Virus record (IMG/VR): IMGVR_UViG_3300045988_082442
Location: 32,001 to 96,000 of that record
Reading direction: 5' to 3' (one strand)
DNA: 64,000 nt
Origin: a virus
Shown: piece after piece, positions 46,548-56,385 of the stretch
How the letters are laid out: each line of letters starts with the position of its first letter
How positions within the stretch are numbered: position 1 is the stretch's first letter
Program-made: the position numbers and the translations under genes
The notes under the pieces: generated by a model
Database searches by the model: none
Told to the model about the DNA's origin: nothing
What the model saw: the letters and a program-made list of their open reading frames with translations, nothing else

Positions 46548-47489
46548 CAACAAGAACCAAGGGTACTTTGTCATTTATGCAATGATGAGCATTTAAGAAA
46601 AGCCTATGCAGATGGAAAAGACATATATGCTGAGATGGCTTCTAAAGCATTTCATGAAACCTATGAGAATTGTAGAGAGTTTTATGTAGATGAAAATGGA
46701 AACAAGATATTAGGTGATGATGGGGAACCAATAGAAAATGTAGAGGGGCATAAAAGAAGGTCAAGAATAAAGGGTGTTTTGTTAGGGCTATTATATGGAG
46801 AGTCAACAGCTACAATGGCTGAAGGAGCAGGAATATCAACAGATGAGGCACAACAAATAATTGATGACTTCTTTAAGGCTTACCCAAGAATACAAGAGTA
46901 TATCAATACACAACAGAAGATTGCAAAAGAAAGAGGATATACACTAACTCTCTGGGGTAGGAAAAGAATAATACCAAATATACAGAGAGAAGAATATGAG
47001 TTTTCATATAATGAAAATAGAAGAGTAGACTTTAATCCTATGTTCTGGAGTGATGATGTTGCAAGTACAGAAGTTAAAGATGAAATCAAACAACAATACA
47101 TCCAGAAACTAGAAAAAGCAAACTTTAATACAAAAAGAAAAATAATAGAACAAGCCAGATTAGCAGGTATTGATATTAGAGATAATAAAAAATATATTGC
47201 AGAGGCAAATAGAAAAGTTGTAAATAGTATAGTTCAAGGCACTGCAGCTGACATGAGCAAGTTAGCAATGTTAAAGATTGCAACTAATAAAGAACTAAGG
47301 GATTTAGGGTTTAGACAGTTATTCCCAGTACATGATGAAATAATAGGGGAATGTCCTATGGAAAACAAGGATAGATGTGCAGAGCTTATGAGTAAAATGA
47401 TGATAGAAGCAGGAGCTACAAAAGTTAGTGTACCTATGAAATGTGACGTTGCCAAATTTATAAACTGGGAAGGCGAAGGTATAAAATAG
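46548..47489 (+). CDS. polA: family-A DNA polymerase, exon 2
   Basis: Begins QQEPRVLCHL (the rest of motif A). Also contains RRSRIKGVLLGLLYG (motif B) and PVHDEI (motif C). Confidence 0.9.
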   Translation, partial: QQEPRVLCHLCNDEHLRKAYADGKDIYAEMASKAFHETYENCREFYVDENGNKILGDDGEPIENVEGHKRRSRIKGVLLGLLYGESTATMAEGAGISTDEAQQIIDDFFKAYPRIQEYINTQQKIAKERGYTLTLWGRKRIIPNIQREEYEFSYNENRRVDFNPMFWSDDVASTEVKDEIKQQYIQKLEKANFNTKRKIIEQARLAGIDIRDNKKYIAEANRKVVNSIVQGTAADMSKLAMLKIATNKELRDLGFRQLFPVHDEIIGECPMENKDRCAELMSKMMIEAGATKVSVPMKCDVAKFINWEGEGIK

Positions 47490-47526
47490 AATAAATTAAA
47501 AATAAATAGATGGGAGAATAAATATT

Positions 47527-48972
47527 ATGGAAGAAAACAATCAATATGGTGTACCAGTACAAGGTACAGAAAATGTAAATACTGGTATGGGGGTATCTGG
47601 TGATTATACAGTATCAAATAATTTAAGATATACAGTAAATCCAGATTCTAATGGAATTACAGTAAATGAAAATGCATCAGTAACATCTGATATAATGCAA
47701 CCAGTAATGAACAATGAAGTAAATAATCAAGTAGTAAATAATCAAGTAACAAATAATCAAGTAGTAAATAATGCTGGAGTAGCAGAACAACCAGAGCAAG
47801 CACAAGAAGTTGAAAGAATTGAAATACCACAAGAGGAAGCACAATTTCCAAGAATAGTTGTAAAAACAGATTTACTAAAATCAGCACTTGCAAAATCTAT
47901 AATAGTTGCTGGTAATAGTGAATTACAACCTGTTACAGAAGTTGCAGAGTTTAAATTTAATGGAAATAATCTACAAATTAGGTCATCTGACAAGGACAAC
48001 ATTCTAACTGTATATGTACCAGTTATAGAAGCAACAGATGGTGCTGCAATGACATTAAAAATAGCAGAAATTAAACCATTAGTAGATAAATTAAAATGTG
48101 CAACAGCAACATTTATAATAAAAGATTTAAAAGTAACATTATATGCAGGTGCAGGTAAATATGAATATAATCAAGCAATAGACTTAACAGAAAACAAAGC
48201 AATAGTTATACCAGAAGTTGAATCTTTTGGACCAGTTCCATTAGAATCAACAGTAGAGATGACAAATGCAGATTTTATGAAAGCAATTGAAAGTGTTTTC
48301 CCATTAGTTGCAGGTAAAGAATCTGGTAGCATTTATGGTTCTGTATTTATAAGTGATAAAGTTACATCTACAACTGGTTCTGAAATAGCTGTTGTATTTA
48401 CTGATATAAGAAGTAAATTAGGTTCATCAGTGTTCCTAAAATCAACAACAGTAAAAGAATTAATTGCATTAGGAGTTCCAGAGAAATTTAGAGTTGGTTT
48501 AGGTAATATAAATGGAAATCAAACAATCTGTATCTATGCAGATGATTATAGATTATATGCAGTATCAAAAGAGGGTGTAGAAGATTATCCATCTGATGAT
48601 ATAGATGCTTTATTATCAACACCAGTTGGAACATCAATATCAATAAGCAAAACACAATTACTTGATACTATTGACAGATTATGCACATTCCTAAGAACAA
48701 CAGTAAGAAAATCATTAGATGTTGAAAAAATAGGAAATAGAAAAGTATCTATAAGAACATCATCTGGTGGTGCTGAAACTTTAACTATAAATGGTGATGG
48801 TTCAGTTAAATTCAACTTTGATGCAGAAAGATTAAAGATAGTAGCAAAAGCTATTGAAACAGATGATTTACTAATAGAACCAATAAGTGATGGTGATGGA
48901 CCAGCATCATATATAAGAATTAGCTCTACAGATAAAAAACAATCATTTATTGTAAGCACAGTATTAGAATAA
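47527..48972 (+). CDS. dnaN: beta sliding clamp (DnaN-like) with an approx. 110-aa N-terminal low-complexity extension
   Basis: From about aa 110 the pattern IVVKTDLLKSALAKS..LQPVTEVAEFKFNGNNLQIRSSDKDNILTVYVPV follows the DnaN domain I pattern, and about 370 aa follow. Recognised by eye only. Confidence 0.65.
   Translation: MEENNQYGVPVQGTENVNTGMGVSGDYTVSNNLRYTVNPDSNGITVNENASVTSDIMQPVMNNEVNNQVVNNQVTNNQVVNNAGVAEQPEQAQEVERIEIPQEEAQFPRIVVKTDLLKSALAKSIIVAGNSELQPVTEVAEFKFNGNNLQIRSSDKDNILTVYVPVIEATDGAAMTLKIAEIKPLVDKLKCATATFIIKDLKVTLYAGAGKYEYNQAIDLTENKAIVIPEVESFGPVPLESTVEMTNADFMKAIESVFPLVAGKESGSIYGSVFISDKVTSTTGSEIAVVFTDIRSKLGSSVFLKSTTVKELIALGVPEKFRVGLGNINGNQTICIYADDYRLYAVSKEGVEDYPSDDIDALLSTPVGTSISISKTQLLDTIDRLCTFLRTTVRKSLDVEKIGNRKVSIRTSSGGAETLTINGDGSVKFNFDAERLKIVAKAIETDDLLIEPISDGDGPASYIRISSTDKKQSFIVSTVLE
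47721..47772 (+). repeat. 15-nt tandem repeat x3.5 (NNQVV/NNQVT)
   Basis: AAATAATCAAGTA recurs at 47721, 47736 and 47751. Confidence 0.85.
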
Positions 48973-48994
48973 TGATTATGGTAGGTGTTGTAAT

Positions 48995-49417
48995 ATGAGT
49001 AAAGCTAAAAGAATAGGTACAGCAGCTGAAACAGCAGTTGTAAACTATATGGTAGATTTTGGTTATAAAGATACAAAAAGAGTAGTGTTACATGGAAATA
49101 GAGATGAAGGTGATATTCATATAAACTGTAATAGCCAAGGTATTCCATCTATGATTATTGAAGTTAAATCAAGAAAAGATGAGTGTACTTATAAGGAAAT
49201 TGAAGGTTTTATGAAAGAACTTGAACAAGAAAGCATAAATACATGGGGGCATTCTGTTTTAAATTCTAATTCAGATTACAAAGCCTACCTTGTTGTGAAA
49301 AGACCAGGTAAAGGTAAAGTAGAAGACTGGTGGTTATGTTGGAAGGAATCAACTCCTTCTGACCTAATTACAGTAAGATGTAGATTAGGTGATTATTTTA
49401 ATAAAAAAGGGGTGTAA
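48995..49417 (+). CDS. PD-(D/E)xK nuclease, Hjc-like Holliday junction resolvase candidate
   Basis: GTAAETAVVNYM..GDIHI..MIIEVKSRKD resembles the archaeal Hjc motif order (E..D..E-x-K). Confidence 0.55.
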   Translation: MSKAKRIGTAAETAVVNYMVDFGYKDTKRVVLHGNRDEGDIHINCNSQGIPSMIIEVKSRKDECTYKEIEGFMKELEQESINTWGHSVLNSNSDYKAYLVVKRPGKGKVEDWWLCWKESTPSDLITVRCRLGDYFNKKGV

Positions 49418-49420
49418 ACA

Positions 49421-49924
49421 ATGAGTGATAATAGATTTCAAGTATCTGGTAAAATTGAGGAAAGAAGCCAGCCTATACAAGAAGTTGTTGAAAACATTGT
49501 AAAAAAATATTGTAAAGATTTGGACAGAATAATGACAACAATAAAAAGTTGGTTAAATGATGAAAGTAACATTTTGAATGACCAGGAACTTGAAGATTTA
49601 ATGATAAGAATACCATTATTCCTATATGATGTGTGTTCTAGTCAGGAGCTTGTTGGTTTACAAAGTTCTATTGCAGACCAAATACACAAAGAAGCTTATT
49701 CAGAAGCATTTAGGGTAGCAAGAGGAACAATTGCAGATAAGAATAGTGTTGCAGACTTAAACACTAGAAGTGAACAACTAGAAAAGATTATATTTGATAG
49801 AGCATATAAAGGAATAAAACTAAAAATAGAAATGGCAGTTGAAATGTTAGCAAGTATAAAGAAAGTACAGAGTGCAAGAATGCAACAATATGACTTATCT
49901 AAGTTTGGAAGCAATAGAATGTAA
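49421..49924 (+). CDS. hypothetical protein
   Basis: ORF with an AAGGGG RBS. Confidence 0.6.
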   Translation: MSDNRFQVSGKIEERSQPIQEVVENIVKKYCKDLDRIMTTIKSWLNDESNILNDQELEDLMIRIPLFLYDVCSSQELVGLQSSIADQIHKEAYSEAFRVARGTIADKNSVADLNTRSEQLEKIIFDRAYKGIKLKIEMAVEMLASIKKVQSARMQQYDLSKFGSNRM

Positions 49925-49947
49925 AATTATATTACTATGATAAATAA

Positions 49948-49982
49948 ATGCCTAGAAATCAATTCTCATTGTTTCTAGGCAT
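49948..49982. terminator. 11-bp hairpin (terminator candidate)
   Basis: ATGCCTAGAAA/TTTCTAGGCAT with a 13-nt loop. There is no strong T-run on the + side. Confidence 0.45.
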
Positions 49983-50012
49983 AAAATCTATAACTAATTT
50001 GGAGGATTATAA

Positions 50013-51101
50013 ATGAGCAAAATAGATGATTTAATGAAAGAGGTAAATAAGAAACATGGGGAAGCTACAATATCAGAAGGTCAAGTAGAAGTTAAATATG
50101 AAAAGATACCTTTTACAGCACCTAGATTAAATTATATGACTTATGGTGGTTTAGTTGAAGGAAGATTTCACATGTTTGCTGGTACTGAGGGAAGTGGTAA
50201 GACATTAACAGCATTAGATGTTTGTAAGAATGCTTTAGCAAAATACCCAGATAAAAAGATTTTCTATGCAGACCTTGAACAGACATTAGACCCAGTATGG
50301 AGTTTAAAGAATGGTGTAGATATAAATAAGTTTGTAATTTTTAGACCATCAACTTGTTCAACAGAATTTGTATTAGATACATTAAGAAAAGCAATAGAAA
50401 CAGGAGAATGTAGCTTAGTAGTGTTGGATAGTATTCCAACAATGGTATCAGAACAAATATATAATGATAGTGTAGGTCAAAATAAATATGGTGGTAATGC
50501 ACAAGCAATAGCAAGATTTTGTAACTTAACTGCAGGTGTATTAAAGAGAACTAATACAACAGTTCTATTCATAAACCAAGTAAGAGATGATTTAGGCTCA
50601 ATGTATGGGGGATATATTACACCAGGTGGTAGAGCTTTAAAATTTGCACTTTCAACATGGTTAGAATTTAGAAAAGGTAAATTCATAGATGCAGATGGTA
50701 AAGAACTAACAAATAATGCAGAAAACCCAGCAGGAAATTTAGTAAATGTAGTATTAAAGAAAAGTAAGGTATGTGTAAGCGATAGAAGATTAGGATACTA
50801 TACTTTAAATTATGTAAATGGAATAGATACAATAGCAGATTATGTAGAAATAGGATTACAAGTAAATGTTATAAATCAAAGGGGAGCATTCTTTGATATA
50901 GTAGACCCAACAACAGGAGAGATAGTTAATCAAGATAAGATACAAGGTAAGGTTAAATTAAGAGATGCCCTTGCAAAGCACCCAGAATGGATAGACTTAA
51001 TAAATAGCCAATTACAAGATAAGGAAATTGAAGAATTGATAGAAAAATCAGAGTTAGATAAAGTAAATATGTATATAAATGATTCAAAGGATACTGATTA
51101 A
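50013..51101 (+). CDS. recA: RecA-family recombinase
   Basis: Contains FAGTEGSGKT (Walker A), LVVLDSI (Walker B) and FINQVRDDLGSMYGGYITPGGRALKF (L2 region pattern). Confidence 0.88.
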   Translation: MSKIDDLMKEVNKKHGEATISEGQVEVKYEKIPFTAPRLNYMTYGGLVEGRFHMFAGTEGSGKTLTALDVCKNALAKYPDKKIFYADLEQTLDPVWSLKNGVDINKFVIFRPSTCSTEFVLDTLRKAIETGECSLVVLDSIPTMVSEQIYNDSVGQNKYGGNAQAIARFCNLTAGVLKRTNTTVLFINQVRDDLGSMYGGYITPGGRALKFALSTWLEFRKGKFIDADGKELTNNAENPAGNLVNVVLKKSKVCVSDRRLGYYTLNYVNGIDTIADYVEIGLQVNVINQRGAFFDIVDPTTGEIVNQDKIQGKVKLRDALAKHPEWIDLINSQLQDKEIEELIEKSELDKVNMYINDSKDTD

Positions 51102-51385
51102 TGACCCCTGAAGAACAAAGGGAATTAGGAAGATATAAGCATGAGGTACATTGTTATTTAGATACCTTATGGCTTATATCTACTAATAAATCAAAGGCAA
51201 GAAATTCTTGGTATAATTGGTTAGCACTTCAAATGGGAAAAGAAAGAGAAGATACTCACGTATCACAATTTACACTAGATGATTGCAAGAAGGCACTGTC
51301 AATATTGAAAAGAAAATATAAACAGTTGACAGGAAGAAATAATATACCTAAATCTGTTAAAAGACAGATGGGAAGGAGAAAATGA
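51101..51385 (+). CDS. hypothetical protein
   Basis: ORF coupled to recA by an ATGA overlap. Confidence 0.55.
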   Translation: MTPEEQRELGRYKHEVHCYLDTLWLISTNKSKARNSWYNWLALQMGKEREDTHVSQFTLDDCKKALSILKRKYKQLTGRNNIPKSVKRQMGRRK

Positions 51386-51708
51386 TGTACATAACATACA
51401 GTGCATATAGAAGTAAGAATAATGAGTTTATTGCAAAACGAACAATAAGTTTACCAATAGGAGATTTTAGACAATTACTTAATTTAGATGGTATTATATT
51501 ATCAGTTATAAAGAAGGACTTAAATAATTTACCAAATATAAATAAATTTGGTGTTGCTTATGTTGGTGATATTCATTGTGAAAAAATAGAAATTACAGAT
51601 GAGGATAATACAGATGCAATGAATGAAGAACAATTTAGAGAATACTTTAAAGAAATTTCTAATATACCATTAATATGGTCAAAGACAGGAGCTGAGAATA
51701 ATGACTAA
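51382..51708 (+). CDS. hypothetical protein
   Basis: ORF with a GGAAGGAG RBS. Confidence 0.55.
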   Translation: MMYITYSAYRSKNNEFIAKRTISLPIGDFRQLLNLDGIILSVIKKDLNNLPNINKFGVAYVGDIHCEKIEITDEDNTDAMNEEQFREYFKEISNIPLIWSKTGAENND

Positions 51709-52045
51709 AAATCAAAGTTCAACACGATTTGTAAGTACTAGACAGGAAAAAGCAATCTCAAAACAATTAGGAATGAATAGAACACCTAACAGTGGAGCCA
51801 CAGCATTTGTAAAAGGAGACTTAGAAGATAGGAGATGGCTAGTTGAAGCAAAAACTTGTATGGAACCTAAAAAGTCTTTTTCAATAAAGAAAGGGTGGTT
51901 AGATACTTTAAGGGAAGAGATGTATGCCTCAAATAAAGATTATAGAGCTTTATGCTTTGACTTTGGAGATGAAAAAGATAGATATTATATATTAGACGAA
52001 GATACTTTTAAATATATAAAAGAGCTATTAGATAATCAAGAGTAA
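51701..52045 (+). CDS. PD-(D/E)xK nuclease-like protein
   Basis: SGATAFVKGDL..WLVEAKT fits a D..E-x-K arrangement. Confidence 0.45.
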   Translation: MTKNQSSTRFVSTRQEKAISKQLGMNRTPNSGATAFVKGDLEDRRWLVEAKTCMEPKKSFSIKKGWLDTLREEMYASNKDYRALCFDFGDEKDRYYILDEDTFKYIKELLDNQE

Positions 52046-52056
52046 GATGTTATAAT
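52044..52056 (+). promoter_or_regulatory. extended -10 promoter cassette (AAGATGTTATAAT)
   Basis: Recurrent motif, 21 nt upstream of the ATG at 52078. Confidence 0.6.
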
Positions 52057-52077
52057 ACTTGAACAGGAGGTATAATT

Positions 52078-53088
52078 ATGAGTAAAGAAAGCTGGGCAGT
52101 AAAATACCGTCCAAAGGGATGGAGTGCATTAATAGGTCAGCCACATATAAAGAAAATATTAGAAAATCAAATTGAAACAGATAACATAAAGCATGCTTAT
52201 TTATTTTGTGGTGGTGCGGGTACAGGTAAAACTACATCAGCAAGAATTGTAGCTAATCTTATAAATGAAAATAAAGGCAGACCAATAGAATTGGACTGTG
52301 CAAGTAAGAATGGTGTTGATGATATAAGAGATATAATTGAAGAAAGTAAACATAAACCATTTGACTGTAAGTACAAGATTTTTATTCTTGACGAGTGTCA
52401 CATGTTATCACAGGGGGCTAATAACGCATTATTAAAGATATTGGAGGAGCCACCAGAATGGGTTATATTTATATTTTGTACTACTGACCCACAAAAGGTT
52501 ATAGGTACTATTCATAGCAGAGTACAAAAATTGACATTTAAGAAAGTATCAGTACCAGATTTAATTACAAATATGAAGAGAATATTGAGTGGAGAAGGTA
52601 TTACAACTTATACAGATGATGCACTAACATACATTGCAAGATTAGCTAAGGGTGGTGTACGTGATAGTATAACTACATTAGAGAAATGCTATGACTACAA
52701 CCATGAAATAAACTTAGATAATGTTATTCAAGCAACAGCTGGTGGAATAACAGAAGATATGCTTTTGAACTTTTTAGATTTAGTTTATAATAAGAATGCA
52801 AAGGAAGCACTACTAGCATTAAATGATATATACATGAGTGGTATTGATATGTCTTTATTTGATAAGTTATTTAAAGAATTTGTACAGGATTGTATTATGT
52901 ATCTAGTTGTAATGAATGGAAATATAACACATCTATCAGAAAATGTTATAAACATTCTGAACACAGGTAAATATGATAGATTGGTATTAGGTGGATTACT
53001 ACAATCATACTGTGATAGAAAAGGCACATATTTCTCAGATGAAATAAAAATGATAATAGAAGGGTGGATTATTTTAAAATGTATTTAG
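52078..53088 (+). CDS. dnaX: clamp-loader AAA+ subunit (DnaX gamma/tau-like)
   Basis: Contains WAVKYRP, GGAGTGKTT, LDECHML, NALLKILEEPP and SRVQ. Confidence 0.85.
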   Translation: MSKESWAVKYRPKGWSALIGQPHIKKILENQIETDNIKHAYLFCGGAGTGKTTSARIVANLINENKGRPIELDCASKNGVDDIRDIIEESKHKPFDCKYKIFILDECHMLSQGANNALLKILEEPPEWVIFIFCTTDPQKVIGTIHSRVQKLTFKKVSVPDLITNMKRILSGEGITTYTDDALTYIARLAKGGVRDSITTLEKCYDYNHEINLDNVIQATAGGITEDMLLNFLDLVYNKNAKEALLALNDIYMSGIDMSLFDKLFKEFVQDCIMYLVVMNGNITHLSENVINILNTGKYDRLVLGGLLQSYCDRKGTYFSDEIKMIIEGWIILKCI

Positions 53089-53891
53089 CAGGTCAGAAGA
53101 GTAATTTAGATTTAATTAAAAATTGGACTTCTATGCCTAGTTTTCTTATAGTACAGGGGAATAATGACACTGGTAAAACCTATTTTATAAAATACTTATG
53201 TAAGAAATTTGGTTTAGGTTATATGCTACTAGATAATAAAGTTGATACAGTAAGGAATTTGGTAGCAAATGCTCAACCAGATAGTAACATAGTATATCAT
53301 TTTAAAGACTTTCATCAGGCAAGTGTCAACGCTAAGAATGCTTTATTAAAGATAACAGAGGAGCCTTTGAAGGGTAATTACATAGCAATATCTGGATTAA
53401 AACAAATAGACACATTAGAGAGTAGAGCAAGAATAATTAGAATGCAACCTTATTCAGATGAGGAGTTACAGGACTTTATAAACAATTCTCCTATTGATAA
53501 AGATATTGCTAATAAGCTGTTAAAGTGTAATTTTAGAACACCATCAACATTATTAAAGTATGGTAATATTGAAGATATAGAAAAGATTATAGATTTTGCT
53601 GAATATACATTAACAGATATAACTAGCTTGAATCAAACAGACATAAATAATATAGCATTGAGATTTGATAGAAGTTATGATAAAGGTAAAGTTGATAAAG
53701 CATTAGTATTCATAGAGATACTATGCAATCTATTAGAAAGACAAATGTTACAGAAAAAGTATTTAGGGTTTAGACAAGAGTTTGAACGATTATTCCATGC
53801 TAAACATTTATTGACCCAAGGTACTAATTTCAACAGAAGATTATTACTTCAAAACACATTTGAAGGATTATTGTTTAGGAGTTCAGTATGA
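53079..53891 (+). CDS. clamp-loader delta-prime-like subunit
   Basis: Contains GNNDTGKT and KNALLKITEEP. I chose the ATG at 53079 after GGGTGG. Confidence 0.65.
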   Translation: MYLAGQKSNLDLIKNWTSMPSFLIVQGNNDTGKTYFIKYLCKKFGLGYMLLDNKVDTVRNLVANAQPDSNIVYHFKDFHQASVNAKNALLKITEEPLKGNYIAISGLKQIDTLESRARIIRMQPYSDEELQDFINNSPIDKDIANKLLKCNFRTPSTLLKYGNIEDIEKIIDFAEYTLTDITSLNQTDINNIALRFDRSYDKGKVDKALVFIEILCNLLERQMLQKKYLGFRQEFERLFHAKHLLTQGTNFNRRLLLQNTFEGLLFRSSV

Positions 53892-54880
53892 AAAATATAA
53901 AAGATTTAAAGGAAGATATTTTGAATAAAACTGCTGGTAACTTATTTGTATTCAATGGAGAAGAATGGGCAATAAAGAAACACTATATAAATAAGATAGC
54001 AGAAGATTATAAGAAGGTAAAATATGTAAAGGATACTTTTGAGTTATCTGATAGCATGGTATCAAAAGATTTATTTAAAAGAAAAACACTATATGTAGTA
54101 CCACATGATTTAGAGTTTCTAAAAGCAACTACACAGGAATTTGAGTCTATGATTAAGAGAATATTAAGCAGTACAGATGGTGCAATATGGGTATATTCTA
54201 CTGAAATACCAAAACAATTTGCTAGTCATTTTGATAAATATATGACAGATTTTGAGGTAGTTGAACCAGATATATTTGAGCAATTAGTACTACATGAGAT
54301 ACATCTATTGCCTAATCATGTGCAATATTTATGTCATCATTGTAATAGAAATTATGGACTTGCACTTATGGAGATAGATAAGATAAAAAATTATGCACAA
54401 TCAGAGGGTGTATCTAATGATGTGGCTTTTGAAGACCTTTTAATGAATAAAATGTTAGTTGAAGAAAAAGATAAGTTTAACTGTTCTGAATTTATGAATC
54501 ATTTCTTGATAGGAGATTTTAGAGGATTAGCACCTAGCTTAAAATGTCTATATGATACTAATTTTGAAAATGTATGGTTTTATTTAGAAGAAATGGTACA
54601 AGATTTAAAGATTGCCTATTGTTTTGTCAAGTATGGTAAATATGAGGGTGCAAAAATAGCATTTGATTCGGAGCATTTATTCTGGGGTAGAATTAGAGAG
54701 CTAAGAGATAATATATTATTTACAACAGATGGCTATAAGAAACCTATATGTTTGATACCTTATGATGCAGAATGTTTACAATGGTTAATATTGCAGTTAT
54801 CTGGATATGATAATCTAGCAAAACAAGGAAAGATAACAGGTAGAGAAGTTATAGAGAATATGTTTTATTATGATGTTTGA
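53888..54880 (+). CDS. hypothetical protein (possible delta-like clamp-loader subunit, by position and size only)
   Basis: 330-aa ORF coupled to the preceding clamp-loader genes. No motif recognised. Confidence 0.4.
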   Translation: MKNIKDLKEDILNKTAGNLFVFNGEEWAIKKHYINKIAEDYKKVKYVKDTFELSDSMVSKDLFKRKTLYVVPHDLEFLKATTQEFESMIKRILSSTDGAIWVYSTEIPKQFASHFDKYMTDFEVVEPDIFEQLVLHEIHLLPNHVQYLCHHCNRNYGLALMEIDKIKNYAQSEGVSNDVAFEDLLMNKMLVEEKDKFNCSEFMNHFLIGDFRGLAPSLKCLYDTNFENVWFYLEEMVQDLKIAYCFVKYGKYEGAKIAFDSEHLFWGRIRELRDNILFTTDGYKKPICLIPYDAECLQWLILQLSGYDNLAKQGKITGREVIENMFYYDV

Positions 54881-54891
54881 GGAGATGTATT

Positions 54892-55140
54892 ATGCAACTA
54901 AAAGAATTTAAAAATATTATAGACACTATGTTTAGTAAATATGGTGATATTGATATTATGATAGATTTAGCCACAAATAATGATGTAGATGATACTATAT
55001 ATAAAGATATTGAAACTGGGAATATTTATACAGAGCAAGTTTTAGATATTTCAGAAGTGAAAGATAATACAGGTGATAACGTCGAGGGTATATGTATATC
55101 TAACTATAAAATGAAGAATAATAATTGGGGAAGGGAGTAG
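54892..55140 (+). CDS. hypothetical protein
   Basis: I chose the ATG at 54892 after GAGGAG. Confidence 0.5.
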   Translation: MQLKEFKNIIDTMFSKYGDIDIMIDLATNNDVDDTIYKDIETGNIYTEQVLDISEVKDNTGDNVEGICISNYKMKNNNWGRE

Positions 55141-55145
55141 ATAAG

Positions 55146-56294
55146 ATGTATAAACCAAAAAGAGGGTTATGGACTTCTGAGGATGTAAGTCCACAACATC
55201 CAGACAGGGCAATGGATTTTGTTTCTGACTATATAATGGATAAGTTTGTTAAGGAAGACCCAAAATCACATGTTGCAATAGATGGTACTAATAAAAATGA
55301 ATGGGTTGTTTTAACTGGAGAAATTAGTTCAAGTGCAAATATTGATATTGAGGAAGCAGTTAAAGAGGCATATAAAGAAATAGGTTACACTTTTGAACCT
55401 AGAGTTATAAATTTGATATATAAGCAATCACCAGATATTGCACAGGGAATTGAGAAAGATGATGAAGAAATAGGTGCAGGTGACCAAGGTATAATGATAG
55501 GTTATGCAAATATAGAATCAGATGAGTATTTACCATTGGCACTATACTTGTCAAAGAGAATAATTAGTGAATTATATAAGGCAAAAGACATATATCCATT
55601 TATGAGAGGTGATATGAAATCACAGGTTACAATAGATTATGACAAGGAAGAGCCAGAAGTAAATACTATTGTGGTTGCTTGTCAACATACAGAAGATGCT
55701 AATATAGAGATGTTGAAAGATACTATAAAGGGTATTGTAAATCAAGTATTAATGAATGCAAATGTAAAGGTATCCAATAATTTAATATGGCATATAAATG
55801 GAACTGGAAAATTTGTAATAGGTGGACCAGAAGGTGATAGTGGAGAAGTAGGAAGAAAACTTATTTGTGATTCTTATGGTGGATATGCAGCTATTGGTGG
55901 TGGTAATACACATGGTAAAGATGCCACAAAAGTAGACGCTTCAGCTGCTTATGCTACAAGATGGTTGGCTAAGAATATTGTTGCTTCTGGATTATCAGAT
56001 GAGTGTGAGGTACAATTAGGCTATGTAATAGGTGTTGCAGAGCCAGTATCTATAAATGTTGATTTGAAAGGACAACAGAAAACATCTGTAACAGAAGAAG
56101 ATATAGAAAGGTTTATAGAAGAGAATATATCTTTATCAGTAAAAGGAATTATAGATAGATTTGATTTAAGAAGACCTTTAAGACATATTTGGTCAAGACA
56201 AGGATACACTGGTAACTCATTTAGTACAGTAACACCACCTTGGGAGGAATTAGATTTAATAGATGATTTGAGGTTAATTTCTTATTATGGGTAA
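55146..56294 (+). CDS. metK: S-adenosylmethionine synthetase
   Basis: Contains TSEDVSPQHPDR, GAGDQGIMIGYA and GGGNTHGKD..KVD.SAAY, the MetK hallmark motifs. I chose the start at 55146 because it has a GGGAG RBS. Confidence 0.9.
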   Translation: MYKPKRGLWTSEDVSPQHPDRAMDFVSDYIMDKFVKEDPKSHVAIDGTNKNEWVVLTGEISSSANIDIEEAVKEAYKEIGYTFEPRVINLIYKQSPDIAQGIEKDDEEIGAGDQGIMIGYANIESDEYLPLALYLSKRIISELYKAKDIYPFMRGDMKSQVTIDYDKEEPEVNTIVVACQHTEDANIEMLKDTIKGIVNQVLMNANVKVSNNLIWHINGTGKFVIGGPEGDSGEVGRKLICDSYGGYAAIGGGNTHGKDATKVDASAAYATRWLAKNIVASGLSDECEVQLGYVIGVAEPVSINVDLKGQQKTSVTEEDIERFIEENISLSVKGIIDRFDLRRPLRHIWSRQGYTGNSFSTVTPPWEELDLIDDLRLISYYG

Positions 56295-56355
56295 TAGGAT
56301 ATTCTTTCAAACCATCTAAATGTAAGTAATTTTTAAATTATTTTACATAACTTGC

Positions 56356-56385
56356 TTGACATAAGGTAACAAATTATGTTAAGAT
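56356..56385 (+). promoter_or_regulatory. sigma-A/70-like promoter with TG-extended -10
   Basis: GCTTGACA, an 18-nt spacer containing TGn, then TAAGAT. Confidence 0.55.
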
